Shown here piece after piece: positions 38,806-49,500 of a DNA stretch of 64,000 bases (position 1 is its first letter; each line of letters opens with the position of its first letter). Under the pieces are notes generated by a model. The model was given only the letters and a program-made list of their open reading frames with translations. It did no database searches and had not been told where the DNA came from. A program made the translations under genes and the position numbers. The DNA comes from Malacoraja senta (lineage: Eukaryota), in NCBI GenBank assembly GCA_038087875.1, contig JAXLNO010000511.1, positions 248,001 through 312,000 of the forward strand, in the 5' to 3' direction.

Positions 38806-38905
38806 CTGCCATTTCTCCGCCAATTTCTGCATCTGATCTTCATCCCGCCATATCTTCTTCACTGTCTGCAACTCCTCCAATCTTGGTGTCATCAGCAAAC
38901 TCACT
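38803..38905 (-). mobile_element. CR1-clade LINE RT fragment
   Basis: Minus strand translates to FADDTKIGGVADSEED and, after a frameshift, DQMQKLAEKWQ. Confidence 0.75.
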
Positions 38906-39138
38906 CAGCCACAGATCGCCAGCATCTTCACACATGCGTTCTGATGGACGGACAGCGCATCATGGACATTTTTCCCGCTGGAAATAGAATAAAACACCTG
39001 AGTTCACCGTGTTATTGTGAATGTCGGAGTGATCACTGCTGAACCCGGCTCTCTTTAAACGCCACTCATACTGCCTCCTTCAGTGAGATCACAACCTGGA
39101 CCCTAAGATCCCACTGCACATCAATTATGTCAATGAAT

Positions 39139-39263
39139 AAGGGTCTTCACCTGAAACGTCACCCATTCCTTCTATGTCAAGAATGAATATTGCTTTCTTT
39201 AACTTCAAGTACACCTGCGCTCGCTCTCTCTCCACCCCTCCCCACCAAAGTCACACCAGCTAG
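39139..39263 (+). mobile_element. Further Penelope-like fragments
   Basis: AAGGGTCTTCACCTGAAACGTCACCCATTCC (terminal repeat motif) and ATGAATATTGCTTTCTTTAACTTCAAG (MNIAFFNFK, similar to the ORF end MNIEFSNF near 38595). Confidence 0.55.
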
Positions 39264-39837
39264 GTCTTGAATTTTCATGGCTTTTTACGTCTTGAATTTT
39301 CGTGGTTTTAACGTCTTGAATTTTCGTGGCTTTTCATGTCTAATTTTCGTGGCTTTTCACGTCTTCAATTTTCATGACTTTTCATGCCTTGAATTTTCGT
39401 GGCTTTTCATTTCTTGAATTTTCGTGGCTTTTCATGTCTTGGTTTTTCGTGGCTTTTCACGTCTTGAATTGTCGTGGCTTTTCACGTTTTGAATAGTCAT
39501 TGATTTCTACGTCTTGAAATTTCGTGGCTTTTCAAGTCTTGAATTTTTGTGGGGTTTTTTCACGTCTTGAATTTTCGTGGATTTTCAGGTCTTGAATATT
39601 GGTGTCTTTTCATGTCTTGAATTTTCGTGGCTTTTCATGTCTTGAATTTTCGTGGCTTTTCATGTCTTTAATTTTTGTGGCTTTTCATGTCTTGAATTGT
39701 GGGTTTTAATGTCTTTATTTTTGTGGCTTTTCAAGTTTTGAAATGCCATTGCCTTTTACGTTTTGAATTTTTGTGACTTTTAACGTCTTCAATTTTCGTG
39801 GCTTATAACGTCATGAATTTTTGTGGCTTTTAAAGTC
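39264..39837 (+). repeat. Diverged 25-bp satellite variant (GTCTTGAATTTTCGTGGCTTTTCAC), about 23 copies
   Basis: Period 25 (39361, 39386, 39411). Same frame as the main satellite with fixed differences. Confidence 0.92.
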
Positions 39838-39924
39838 ATAAAGTCCAGCTTTTGTGTCTATCTTCGGTGTAAACCAGCATCTGCCGTTCCTTCCTCGGTG
39901 CGTAATAATTGTGAAGTGGCTTTC

Positions 39925-40062
39925 CTCCCACTTCACAATTATGCACCACTTTGTGTTGGTCTATCACATAAAATCCTAATAAAATACATTTACGTTTGTG
40001 GTTGTAATGTGACAAAATGTGGACAAATTCAAGCGGTATGAAAACTTTTGCAAGCCACTGTA
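39925..40062. mobile_element. Tc1-like DNA transposon terminal inverted repeat (single end)
   Basis: Ends ...ATGAAAACTTTTGCAAGCCACTG followed by TA, the reverse complement of a CAGTG-type Tc1 terminus with a TA target. Confidence 0.75.
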
Positions 40063-40065
40063 TAT

Positions 40066-40394
40066 ATCTAGCTATCCAAGTATGTAGCTCAATCTAGTTA
40101 GCTACCTATCTGTCCAGTATGTAGATCACTCTAGATAGCTACCTAGCTATCCAGTATGTAGATCACTCTAGCTAGCTACCTAGCTATCCAGTACGTTCCT
40201 CAGTCTAGCTATCTATCTAGCTATCCAAGTATGAAGCTCAGTCTAGCTATCTATCTAGCTATCCAGGTATGTAGCTTAATCTAGTTAGCTACCTAGCTAT
40301 CCAGTATGTAGCTCAGTTTTGCTATCTACCTAGCTATCCAGTATGTAGCCATTTAGCTAGATACCAAGTTATACAGGATGTAGCCATCTAGCTG
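40066..40394. repeat. 37-38-bp minisatellite (CTAGCTATCCAGTATGTAGCTCAATCTAGTTAGCTAC-like), about 9 copies
   Basis: TATGTAG at 40081, 40118 and 40155. Confidence 0.92.
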
Positions 40395-40398
40395 GCTC

Positions 40399-40473
40399 AA
40401 TTGTGATCATGTTTTATCTTTTTGCTAACTGGTTAGCTTTTCACTGTACCTCGGTACATGTGAGAATAAATTA
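40399..40473 (+). mobile_element. Probable LINE 3' tail fragment
   Basis: CTTTTCACTGTACCTCGGTACATGTGAGAATAAA resembles fish LINE 3' ends; recall only. Confidence 0.35.
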
Positions 40474-40597
40474 ATGAGGGGGAAAGAATTATATGAGATT
40501 GTTACGTGGATTGGTGTAACAACACACCAGTTGTTGTTGTAAAGCTTCAGTTGTTCTTGTTGCTCATATTGTATTGCTCCTTTACAGGTGCTCTCCC

Positions 40598-43500
40598 CTA
40601 AATTTTCGTCGCTTTTCACGTTATCAAATGTCATCACTTTTCCCATGCTGAATTTTCGGCGCTGTTCACGTCCTGGTTTGTCGCTTTTCGCCTGCTGAAT
40701 TTTCGTCACTTTTCGCGTGCAGAATTTTCGGCGATTTTCGTGTCCTGAAAGTTCGTCGCATTTCACGTCCTGAAATTTCGTGACTTTATGGGTCCTGATG
40801 TTTCAGCGCTTTTCGCATCCTGAAATTACGTCACTTTTCGTGTGCTGAATTTTCCTTGCCTTTCGCGAGCTTCATTTTGATTGCATTTCATGTCCAGAAT
40901 GGTCGTCGCTTTTCGCATGCTGAATTTTCGTCGCTTTTTGCATGTTGAATTTTCGTCGCATTTCGCATGCTGAATTTGTGTAGCTTTTCGCATGCTGAAA
41001 TTTCGTCGCATTTCGTGTGCTGAATTTTCGTCGCTTTTCGCTTCCTGAAGGTTCGTCACTTTTCAGGTGCTGAAAATTAGTCGCCTTATGTGTCCTGATG
41101 TTTCGTGGCTTTTCGCGTCCTGAATTTAAGTCACTTTTCATGTGCTGAATGTTCGTCGCTTTATGTGTGCTGAATTTTTGTCGCTTTTCGCATGCTGAAT
41201 TTTCGTCGCTTTTCCCCAGCTTCATTTTCAGCACTTTTAGCGTCCTGAAAATTCATAGGTTTTCGCACGCAGAATTTTTGTCGCTTTTCGCATGCAGAAT
41301 TTTCGTCACTTTTCGCGTGGTGAATTTTTGTCACTTTTCATGATCTGAAATGTCGTCTCTTTTCGCGTGCTGAATTTTCGTTGCTTTTCATGTGCTGAAA
41401 TTTTGTGGCCTTTCACTTCCTGAAATTTCATCGCTTTATGCGTCCTGATGTTTCATCACTTTTCGCATACTGAAGGTTCGTCGCTTTTCGCATGCTGAAT
41501 TTTCGTCGCTTTTCGCGCGCTGAATTTTCGTCGCTTTTCACGTTCTCAAATTTCATCACTTTTCTCGTGCTGAATTATCGTTCCTTTTTACGTCCTGAAA
41601 GTAGGTCGCTTTTAGTGTCCTGATGTTTCATCGCTTTTCGCATCCTGAAATTACGTCACTTTTCGTGTGCTGAATTTTCATCGCCTTTCGCGTGCCTCAT
41701 TTTCATTGCTTTTCGCGTCCCGAATGGTCGCCTGCTGAATTTTCAGCGCTTTATGCAGGCGGAATTTTCGTCGCTTTTCACATGATGAATTTTCATCACT
41801 TTTCTTGTCCTGAAGGTATGTCGCTTTTCGCATGCTGAATTTTCCTCGCTTCTGGCGTGCTGAATTTTTGTCACTCGCATGCTGAATTCTTGTCGCTTTT
41901 CGCAAGCTGAATTTCCGTCGCTTTTCATGTTCTCAAATTTCATCTCTTTTCGCACGTAGAATTTTCGTTGCTTTTCGCATCCTGGTTCGTCGTTTTTCAC
42001 CTGCTGAATTTTAGTCAGTTTTTACGTGCTGAATATTTGTTCGCTTTTCGCGTCCTGAAGGTGTGTCACTTTTCGCCTGCAGAATTTTTGTCGCTTTTCA
42101 CGTGCTGAATTTTTGTAGCTTTTCGTATGCTGGATTTCCGTACAATTCCACGTGCTTCATTTTCGTCAAATTTTGCGCACTTCATTTTCATCGTTTTTTG
42201 CAAGTGGAATTTTCGTCACTTTTCACGTGCTGAATTTTCATCGCTTTTCTTGTCCTGAAGGTACGTCGCTTTTCTCGTGCTTCATTTTCATCACTTTACG
42301 CATCCTGAAATTTTTTCGCTATTCGCATGCTGAATTTTCGTCGCTTTTCGCGTGCTGAATTTTTGTAGCTTTTCGCATGCTGAATTTTCATCGCTTTTCG
42401 CGTGCTGAATTTTCGTCACTGTTTGTGTGCTGAGTTTTCATGACTTTTCGCTTCCTGAAGGTTTGTCACTTTTCACATGCTGAAAATTAGTCGCTTTATG
42501 CGTCCTGATGTTTCGTCACTTTTCGCGTCGTGAATTTTCGTCGCTTGTTGCGTGCTTCAATTTCATCACTTTTTGCATCCTGAATTTTTGTCGCTTTCGC
42601 ATGCAGAATTTTCGTCTCTTTTCGCATTCTCAAATGTCATCACTTTTCTCGTGCTGAATTTTCGTTGCTTTGCACATCCTGAAGGTTCGTAGCTTTTCGC
42701 CTGCTGAATTTTCGTCACTTTCCGCGTGCAGAATTTTCGTCGAATTTCGTGTCCTGAAAATTTATGAATTTTCATCACTTTTCGCGTGCTGAATTTTTGT
42801 CGCTTTTCATGTTCTGAAATGTCTTCACATTTCGCGTACTGAATTTCCGTCGCTTTTCGCAGGCAGAATTTTGGTCGCTTTTCATGTGCTGAAGTTTTGT
42901 CGCATTTCTCGTGCAGAGATTTTCGTCGCTTTGTGTCCTTATGTTTTGTTGCTTTTCGCTTGCTGGATTTACGTCACTTTTCGTGTGCTGAATTTTTATC
43001 ACTTTTTGAGTGCTGAATCTTTGTCACTTTTCGCATGCTGAATTTTCGTCTCTTTTCGCGCGCTGAATTTTCGTCGCTTTTCATGTTCTCAAATTTCATC
43101 ACTTTTCTCGTGCTGAATTTTCGTTGCTTTTTACGTCCTGAAAGTGTGTCGCTTTTCGGGTCGTGATGTTTCATCGCTTTTTCCATCCTGAAATTACGTC
43201 ACTTTTCGTGTGCTGAATTTTCATCGCCTTTCGCGTGCCTCATTTTCATTGCTTTATGCGTCCCGAATGGTCGTCGCTTTTCGCATGCTGAGTTTTCGTC
43301 GCTTTTCGCATGCTGAATTTTCATTGCTTTTCGCGTGCTGAATTTCATCATTTTCGCGTGCTTAATTTTCTTCTATTTTCACATCCTGAAGGTTTATCAC
43401 TTTTCGCCTGCTGAAATTTCAGCGCTTTTTGCAGGCGGCATTTTCGTTGCTTTTCACGTGCTGAATTTTCATCACTTTTCTTGTCCTGAAGTTACGTCGC

Positions 43501-46500
43501 TTTTCGCATGCTGAATTTTCCTTGCTTTTCGCATGCTGAATTTTTGTCACTCGCATGCTGAATTTTTGTCGCTTTTCTCGAGCTGAATTTTCGGCGCTTT
43601 TCATGTTCTCAAATTTCATCTCTTTTCACATGTTGAATTTTCATCGCTTTTCGCATCCTGAAGGTTCGTCGTTTTTCACCTGCTGAATTTTTGTCAGTTT
43701 TCACGTGCTGAATTTTTGTTCGGTTTTCACGTCCTGAAGGTGTGTCGCTTTTCGCCTGCTGAATTTTTGTCGCTTTTCACGTGCTGAATACTTGTAGCTT
43801 TTCGTATGCTGGATTTACGTACAATTCCACGTGCATCATTTTCGTCACATTTCGCGTACTTCATTTTCACCGCTTTTTGCAAGTGGAATTTTCGTCACTT
43901 TTCACGTGCTGAATTTTCATCGCTTTTCTTGTCCTGAAGGTTCGTCGCTTTTCGCATGCTGAATTTTCGTCGCTTTTCGCGTGCTGAATTTTTGTAGCTT
44001 TTCGCATGCTGAATTTTCATCGCTTTTCGCGTGCTGAATTTTCGTCACTTTATGTGCGCTGAGTTTTTGTCACTTTTCGCTTCCTGAAGTTTGTCACTTT
44101 TCACGTGCTGAAAATTAGTCGCGTTATGCGTCCTGATGTTTCGTCACTTTTCACCTCGTGAATTTTCGTCGCTTTTGCGTGCTTCAATTTCATCACTTTT
44201 CGCATCCTGAATTTTTGTCGCTTTTCGCATGCAGCATTTTCGTCGCTTTTCGCATTCTCAAATTTCATCACTTTTCTCGTGCAGAATTTTCGTCGCTTTT
44301 CACATCCTGAAGGTTCGTAGCTTATCGCCTGTTGAATTTTCATCACTTTTCGCGTGCAGAATTTTCGTCGATTTTCGTGTCCTGAAAGTTTATGAATTTT
44401 CGTCACTTTTCGCGTGCTGAATTTTCGTCGCTTTTCGCAGGTTGAATTTTCGTCGCTTTTCATGTGTTGAAGTTTTGTCGCATTCCTCGTGCAGAGATTT
44501 TCGTCGCTTTGTGTCCTTATGTTTTGTTGCTTTTCGCTTGCTGGATTTACGTCACTTTTCATATGCTGAATTTTTTTATCACTCTTCGAGTGCTCAATTT
44601 TTGTCACTTTTCGCATGCTGAATTTTCGTCGCTTTTCGAGCACTGAATTTTCGTCGCTTTTCATGTTCTCAAATTTCATCTCTTTTCGCATGTTTTGTCA
44701 CTTTTCGCGTCCTGAAATGTCGTCGCTTTATGGGTCCTGATGTTTCAGCGCTTTTTGCATGCTGAATTTTTGTCGCGTTTCGCATGCTGAATTTTTGTAG
44801 CTTTTCGCATGCTGAAATTTCGTCGCATTTCATGTGATGAATTTTCATCGCTTTTCGCTTCCTGAAGGTTCGTCACTTTTCACGTGCTGAAAATTAGTCA
44901 TTTTATGTGTCCTGATGTTTCGTGGCTTTTCGCGTCCTGAATTTACGTCGCTTTTCATGTGCTGAATTTTCGTCGCTTTACGTGTGCTGAATTTTTGTTG
45001 CTTTTCGCATGCTTCATTTTCGTCGCTTTTCCAGTGCTTCATTTTCATCACTTTTCGCATCCTGAAGCTTCGTCGCTTTTTGCATTCTGAATTTTTGTCG
45101 ATTTTCGCTTGCTGAATTTTCGTCACTTTTCGCGTGCTGAATTTTTGTAGATTTTCGCATGCGGAAATGTCGTCTCTTTTCGCGTGCTGAATTTTCGTCG
45201 CTTTTGACATTCTGAATTTTTGGCGCTTTTCGCAGGCTGAATTTTGTCGCTTTTCGTGTGCTGAATTTTCGTCGCTTTTCGCGTGCTGAATTTGTCGCTT
45301 TTCGTGTGCTGAATTTTCGTCGCTTTTCACGTTATCAAATGTCCTCACTTTTCCCATGCTGAATTTTCGGCGCTTTTCGCGTCCTGGTTTGTCACTTTTC
45401 GCCTGCTGAATTTTCGTCACTTTTCGCGTGCAGAATTTTCGTCGATTTTCGTGTCCTGAAAGTTCGTCGCATTTCACGTCCTGAAATTTCGTCACTTTAT
45501 GGGTCCTGATGTTTCAGCGCTTTTCGCATCCTGAAATTACGTCACTTTTCGTGTGCTGAATATTCCTTGCCTTGCGCGAGCTTCATTTTGATTGCATTTC
45601 ACGTCCAGAATGGTCGTCGCTTTTCGCATGCTGAATTTTCGTCGCTTTTTGCGTGCTGAATTTTCGTCGCATTTTCGCACGCCGAATTTGTGTAGCTTTT
45701 CGCATGCTGAAATTTCGTCACATTTTGTGTGCTGAATTTTCGTCACTTTTCACTTCCTGAAGGTTCGTCACTTTTCACGTGCTGAAAATTAGTCCCTTTA
45801 TGTGTCCTGATGTCTCGTGGCTTTTCGCGTCCTGAATTTAAGTCACTTTTCATGTGCTGAATGTTCGTCGCTTTACGTGTGCTGAATTTTGGTCGCTTTT
45901 CGCATGCTGAATTTTCGTCGCTTTTCCCCAGCTTCATTTTCAGCACTTTTCGCGTCCTGAAGATTCATAGGTTTTCGCATGCAGTATTTTTGTAGCTTTT
46001 CGCATGCTGAATTTTCGTCACATTTCGCGTGCTGAAATTTTGTCACTTTTCATGTTCTGAAATGTCGTCTCTTTTCGCGTGCTGAATTTTCGTTGCTTTT
46101 CGCGTGCTGAATTTTTGTTGCTTTTCACAGGCTGAATTTTCGTTGCTTTTCATGTGCTGAAATTTTGTGGCCTTTCACATCCTGAAATTTCATCGCTTTA
46201 TGCGTCGTGATGTTTCATCACTTTTCGCATACTGAAGGTTCGTCGCTTTTCGCATGCTGAATTTTCGTCGCTTTTCCAGTGCTTCATTTTCATTACTTTT
46301 CGCGTCCTGAAGGTTCGTCGCTTTTCGCATGCTGAATTTTCGTCGATTTTCGCATGCTGAATTTTCGTCACTTTTCGCATGCTGAATGTTCATCGCTTTT
46401 CAGATTCTAAAATTTCGTCACTTTTCGTGTGCTGAATTTCAGCGCTTTTCACGTCCTGAAGGTTCATCACTTTTGTCGTGCTGAATTTTCATCGCTTTTC

Positions 46501-49500
46501 GCAGGCTGACTTTCGTCGCTTTTCACGTGCTGTATTTTTGTCACTTTTCGCATGCTGAATTTTCGTTGCTTTTCACATGCTGGTTTCGTCGCTTTTGGCA
46601 TGCTGAAGTTTCGTCGCTTATCGCGACCTGAATTTACGTCGCTTTTCGTGTGCTGAATTTACGTCGCTTTTCGCGTGCTTCATTTTCATCACTTTTCGCA
46701 TACTGGGTTCGTTGCTTTTAGCATGGTAAATTTTCGTCGCTTTTCCTGTACTTCATTTTCATCGCTTTTCGCATGCTGAATTATCGTCGATTTTCGCATG
46801 GTGAATTTTCATCGCTTTTCGCGTGCTGAATTTTCGTCGCTGGCTGAATTTTCCTCACTTTTCATGTGCTGAAATTTTGTCGCTTTGCACGTGCTGAGAT
46901 TTTCGTCACTTTATGTGCCCCGATGTTTTGTTGCTTTTCGCGTCCTCAATTTACATCGCTTTTTGTGTGCTGAATTTTTGTAGATTTTCACATGCTGAAT
47001 GTTCGTCACTTTTCACGTGCTGAATTTTCATCACTTTTCACGTTCTGAAATTTCGTCACTTTTCGCATGCTGAATTTTCGTCGCCTTTCGCATGCTTCAT
47101 TTTCATCGCCTTTCCCGTGCATCATTTTTTATCACTATGCTTTTTGAAGGTTTGTCGCTTTTCGCATGCTGAAGTTTCGTCGCATTTCTCATCCTGAATT
47201 TACTTCGTTTTTATGTGCTGAATTTTCGTCACTTTTCATGTTCTGAAATGTCGTCACTTTCCGTGTACTGAATTTTCGTCGCTATTCGCGTGCTGAATTT
47301 TTGTCGCTTTTCGCAGGCTGAGTTTTCTTCGCTTTTTGCATACTGTATTTTTTTCACTTTTCGCGACTGAATTTTTGTCGCTTTTCACGTTCTGAAATTT
47401 CGTCGCTTTTCGCAAGCTCAATTTTCGTCGCTTTTCCCATGCTTTATTTTCATCGCTTTTCGCGTCCTCAAGGTTCGTCACTTTTCGCAAGCTGAAGTTT
47501 CGTCACTTTTCGCTTCCTGAACTTACGTCGCTTTTCATGTGCTGAAATTATGTCGCTTTGCACGTGCTGAAATTTTCGTCGCTTTATGTTTTGTAGATTT
47601 TCAAATGCTGAATTTTCGTCACATTTCACGTGCTGAATTTTCTTGGCTTTTCACGTTCTCAAATTTTGTCACTTTTCGCAGGCTGAGTTTCTGTCGCTTT
47701 TTACATGCTGTATTTTTGTCACAATTTGCATGCTGAATTTTCGTCGCCTTTCGCGGGCTTCATTTTCATCGCCTTTTGCGTGCTTCATTTTATCACTTTT
47801 CGCGTCCTGAAGGTTCGTCGCTTTTGGCATGCTGAAGTTTCGTCGCTTATCGCGACCTGAATTTACGTCGCTTTTCGTGTGCTGAATTTACGTCGCTTTT
47901 CGCGTGCTTCATTTTCATCACTTTTCGCATACTGGGTTCGTTGCTTTTAGCATGGTAAATTTTCGTCGCTTTTCCTTTACTTCATTTTCATCGCTTTTTG
48001 CATGCTGAATTATCGTCGATTTTCGCATGGTGAATTTTCATCGCTTTTCGCGTGCTGAATTTTCGTCGCTGGCTGAATTTTCCTCACTTTTCATGTGCTG
48101 AAATTTTGTCGCTTTGCACGTGCTGAGATTTTCGTCACTTTATGTGCCCCGATGTTTTGTTGCTTTTTGCGTCCTCAATTTACATCGCTTTTTGTGTGCT
48201 GAATTTTTGTAGATTTTCACATGCTGAATGTTCGTCACTTTTCACGTGCTGAATTTTCATCACTTTTCACGTTCTGAAATTTCGTCACTTTTCGCATGCT
48301 GAATTTTCGTCGCCTTTCGCATGCTTCATTTTCATCGCCTTTCCCGTGCATCATTTTTTATCACTATGCTTTTTGAAGGTTTGTCGCTTTTCGCATGCTG
48401 AAGTTTCGTCGCATTTCTCATCCTGAATTTACTTCGTTTTTATGTGCTGAATTTTCGTCGCTTTTCATGTTCTGAAATGTCGTCACTTTCCGTGTACTGA
48501 ATTTTCGTCGCTATTCGCGTGCTGAATTTTTGTCGCTTTTCGCAGGCTGAGTTTTCGTCGCTTTTTGCATACTGTATTTTTTTCACTTTTCGCGACTGAA
48601 TTTTTGTCGCTTTTCACGTTCTGAAATTTTGTCGCTTTTCGCAAGCTCAATTTTCGTCGCTTTTCCCATGCTTTATTTTCATCGCTTTTCGCGTCCTCAA
48701 GGTTCGTCACTTTTCGCAAGCTGAAGTTTCGTCACTTTTCGCTTCCTGAACTTACGTCGCTTTTCATGTGCTGAAATTATGTCGCTTTGCATGTGCTGAA
48801 ATTTTCGTCGCTTTATGTTTTGTAGATTTTCAAATGCTGAATTTTCGTCACATTTCACGTGCTGAATTTTCTTGGCTTTTCACGTTCTCAAATTTTGTCA
48901 CTTTTCGCAGGCTGAGTTTCTGTCGCTTTTTACATGCTGTATTTTTGTCACAATTTGCATGCTGAATTTTCGTCGCCTTTCGCGGGCTTCATTTTCATCG
49001 CCTTTTGCGTGCTTCATTTTATCACTTTTCGCGTCCTGAAGGTTCGTCGCTTTTCGCATGCTGAGGTTTCGTCAATTTTCGCGTCCTGAATTTACGTCAC
49101 TTTTCGTGTGCTGAATTTTCGTCACTTTTCACGTTCTGAAATTTCGTCACTTTTCGCATGCTGAATTTTCGTCTCTTTTCGCATGCTGAATTGCCGTCGC
49201 TTTTCCCGTGATGAATTTTCGTCGCTCTTTCTGAAATGTCCTTACTTTTCGCGTGCTGAATTTTCGTCGCTTTTCTCTTTCTGAATTTTCATCACTTTTT
49301 GCAGGCTGAGTTTTCGTCGCTTTTCACGTGCTGAAGGTTCATCATCTTTGACGTGCTGAATTTTCATCGCTTTTCGCTGGCTGAATTTTCGTCGCTTTTC
49401 ATGTACTGAAATTTTGTCGCTTTGCACGTGCTGTGGTTTTCGGCGCTTTATGTGTCCCGATGTTTTGTTGCTTTTCACGTCCTGAATTTACGTTTCTTTT

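Noticed and set aside
40563..40590. Splice-acceptor-like CTCCTTTACAG/GT just before the right-hand array
   Set aside because: Such motifs are common by chance and no partner exon or ORF can be shown without RNA data.
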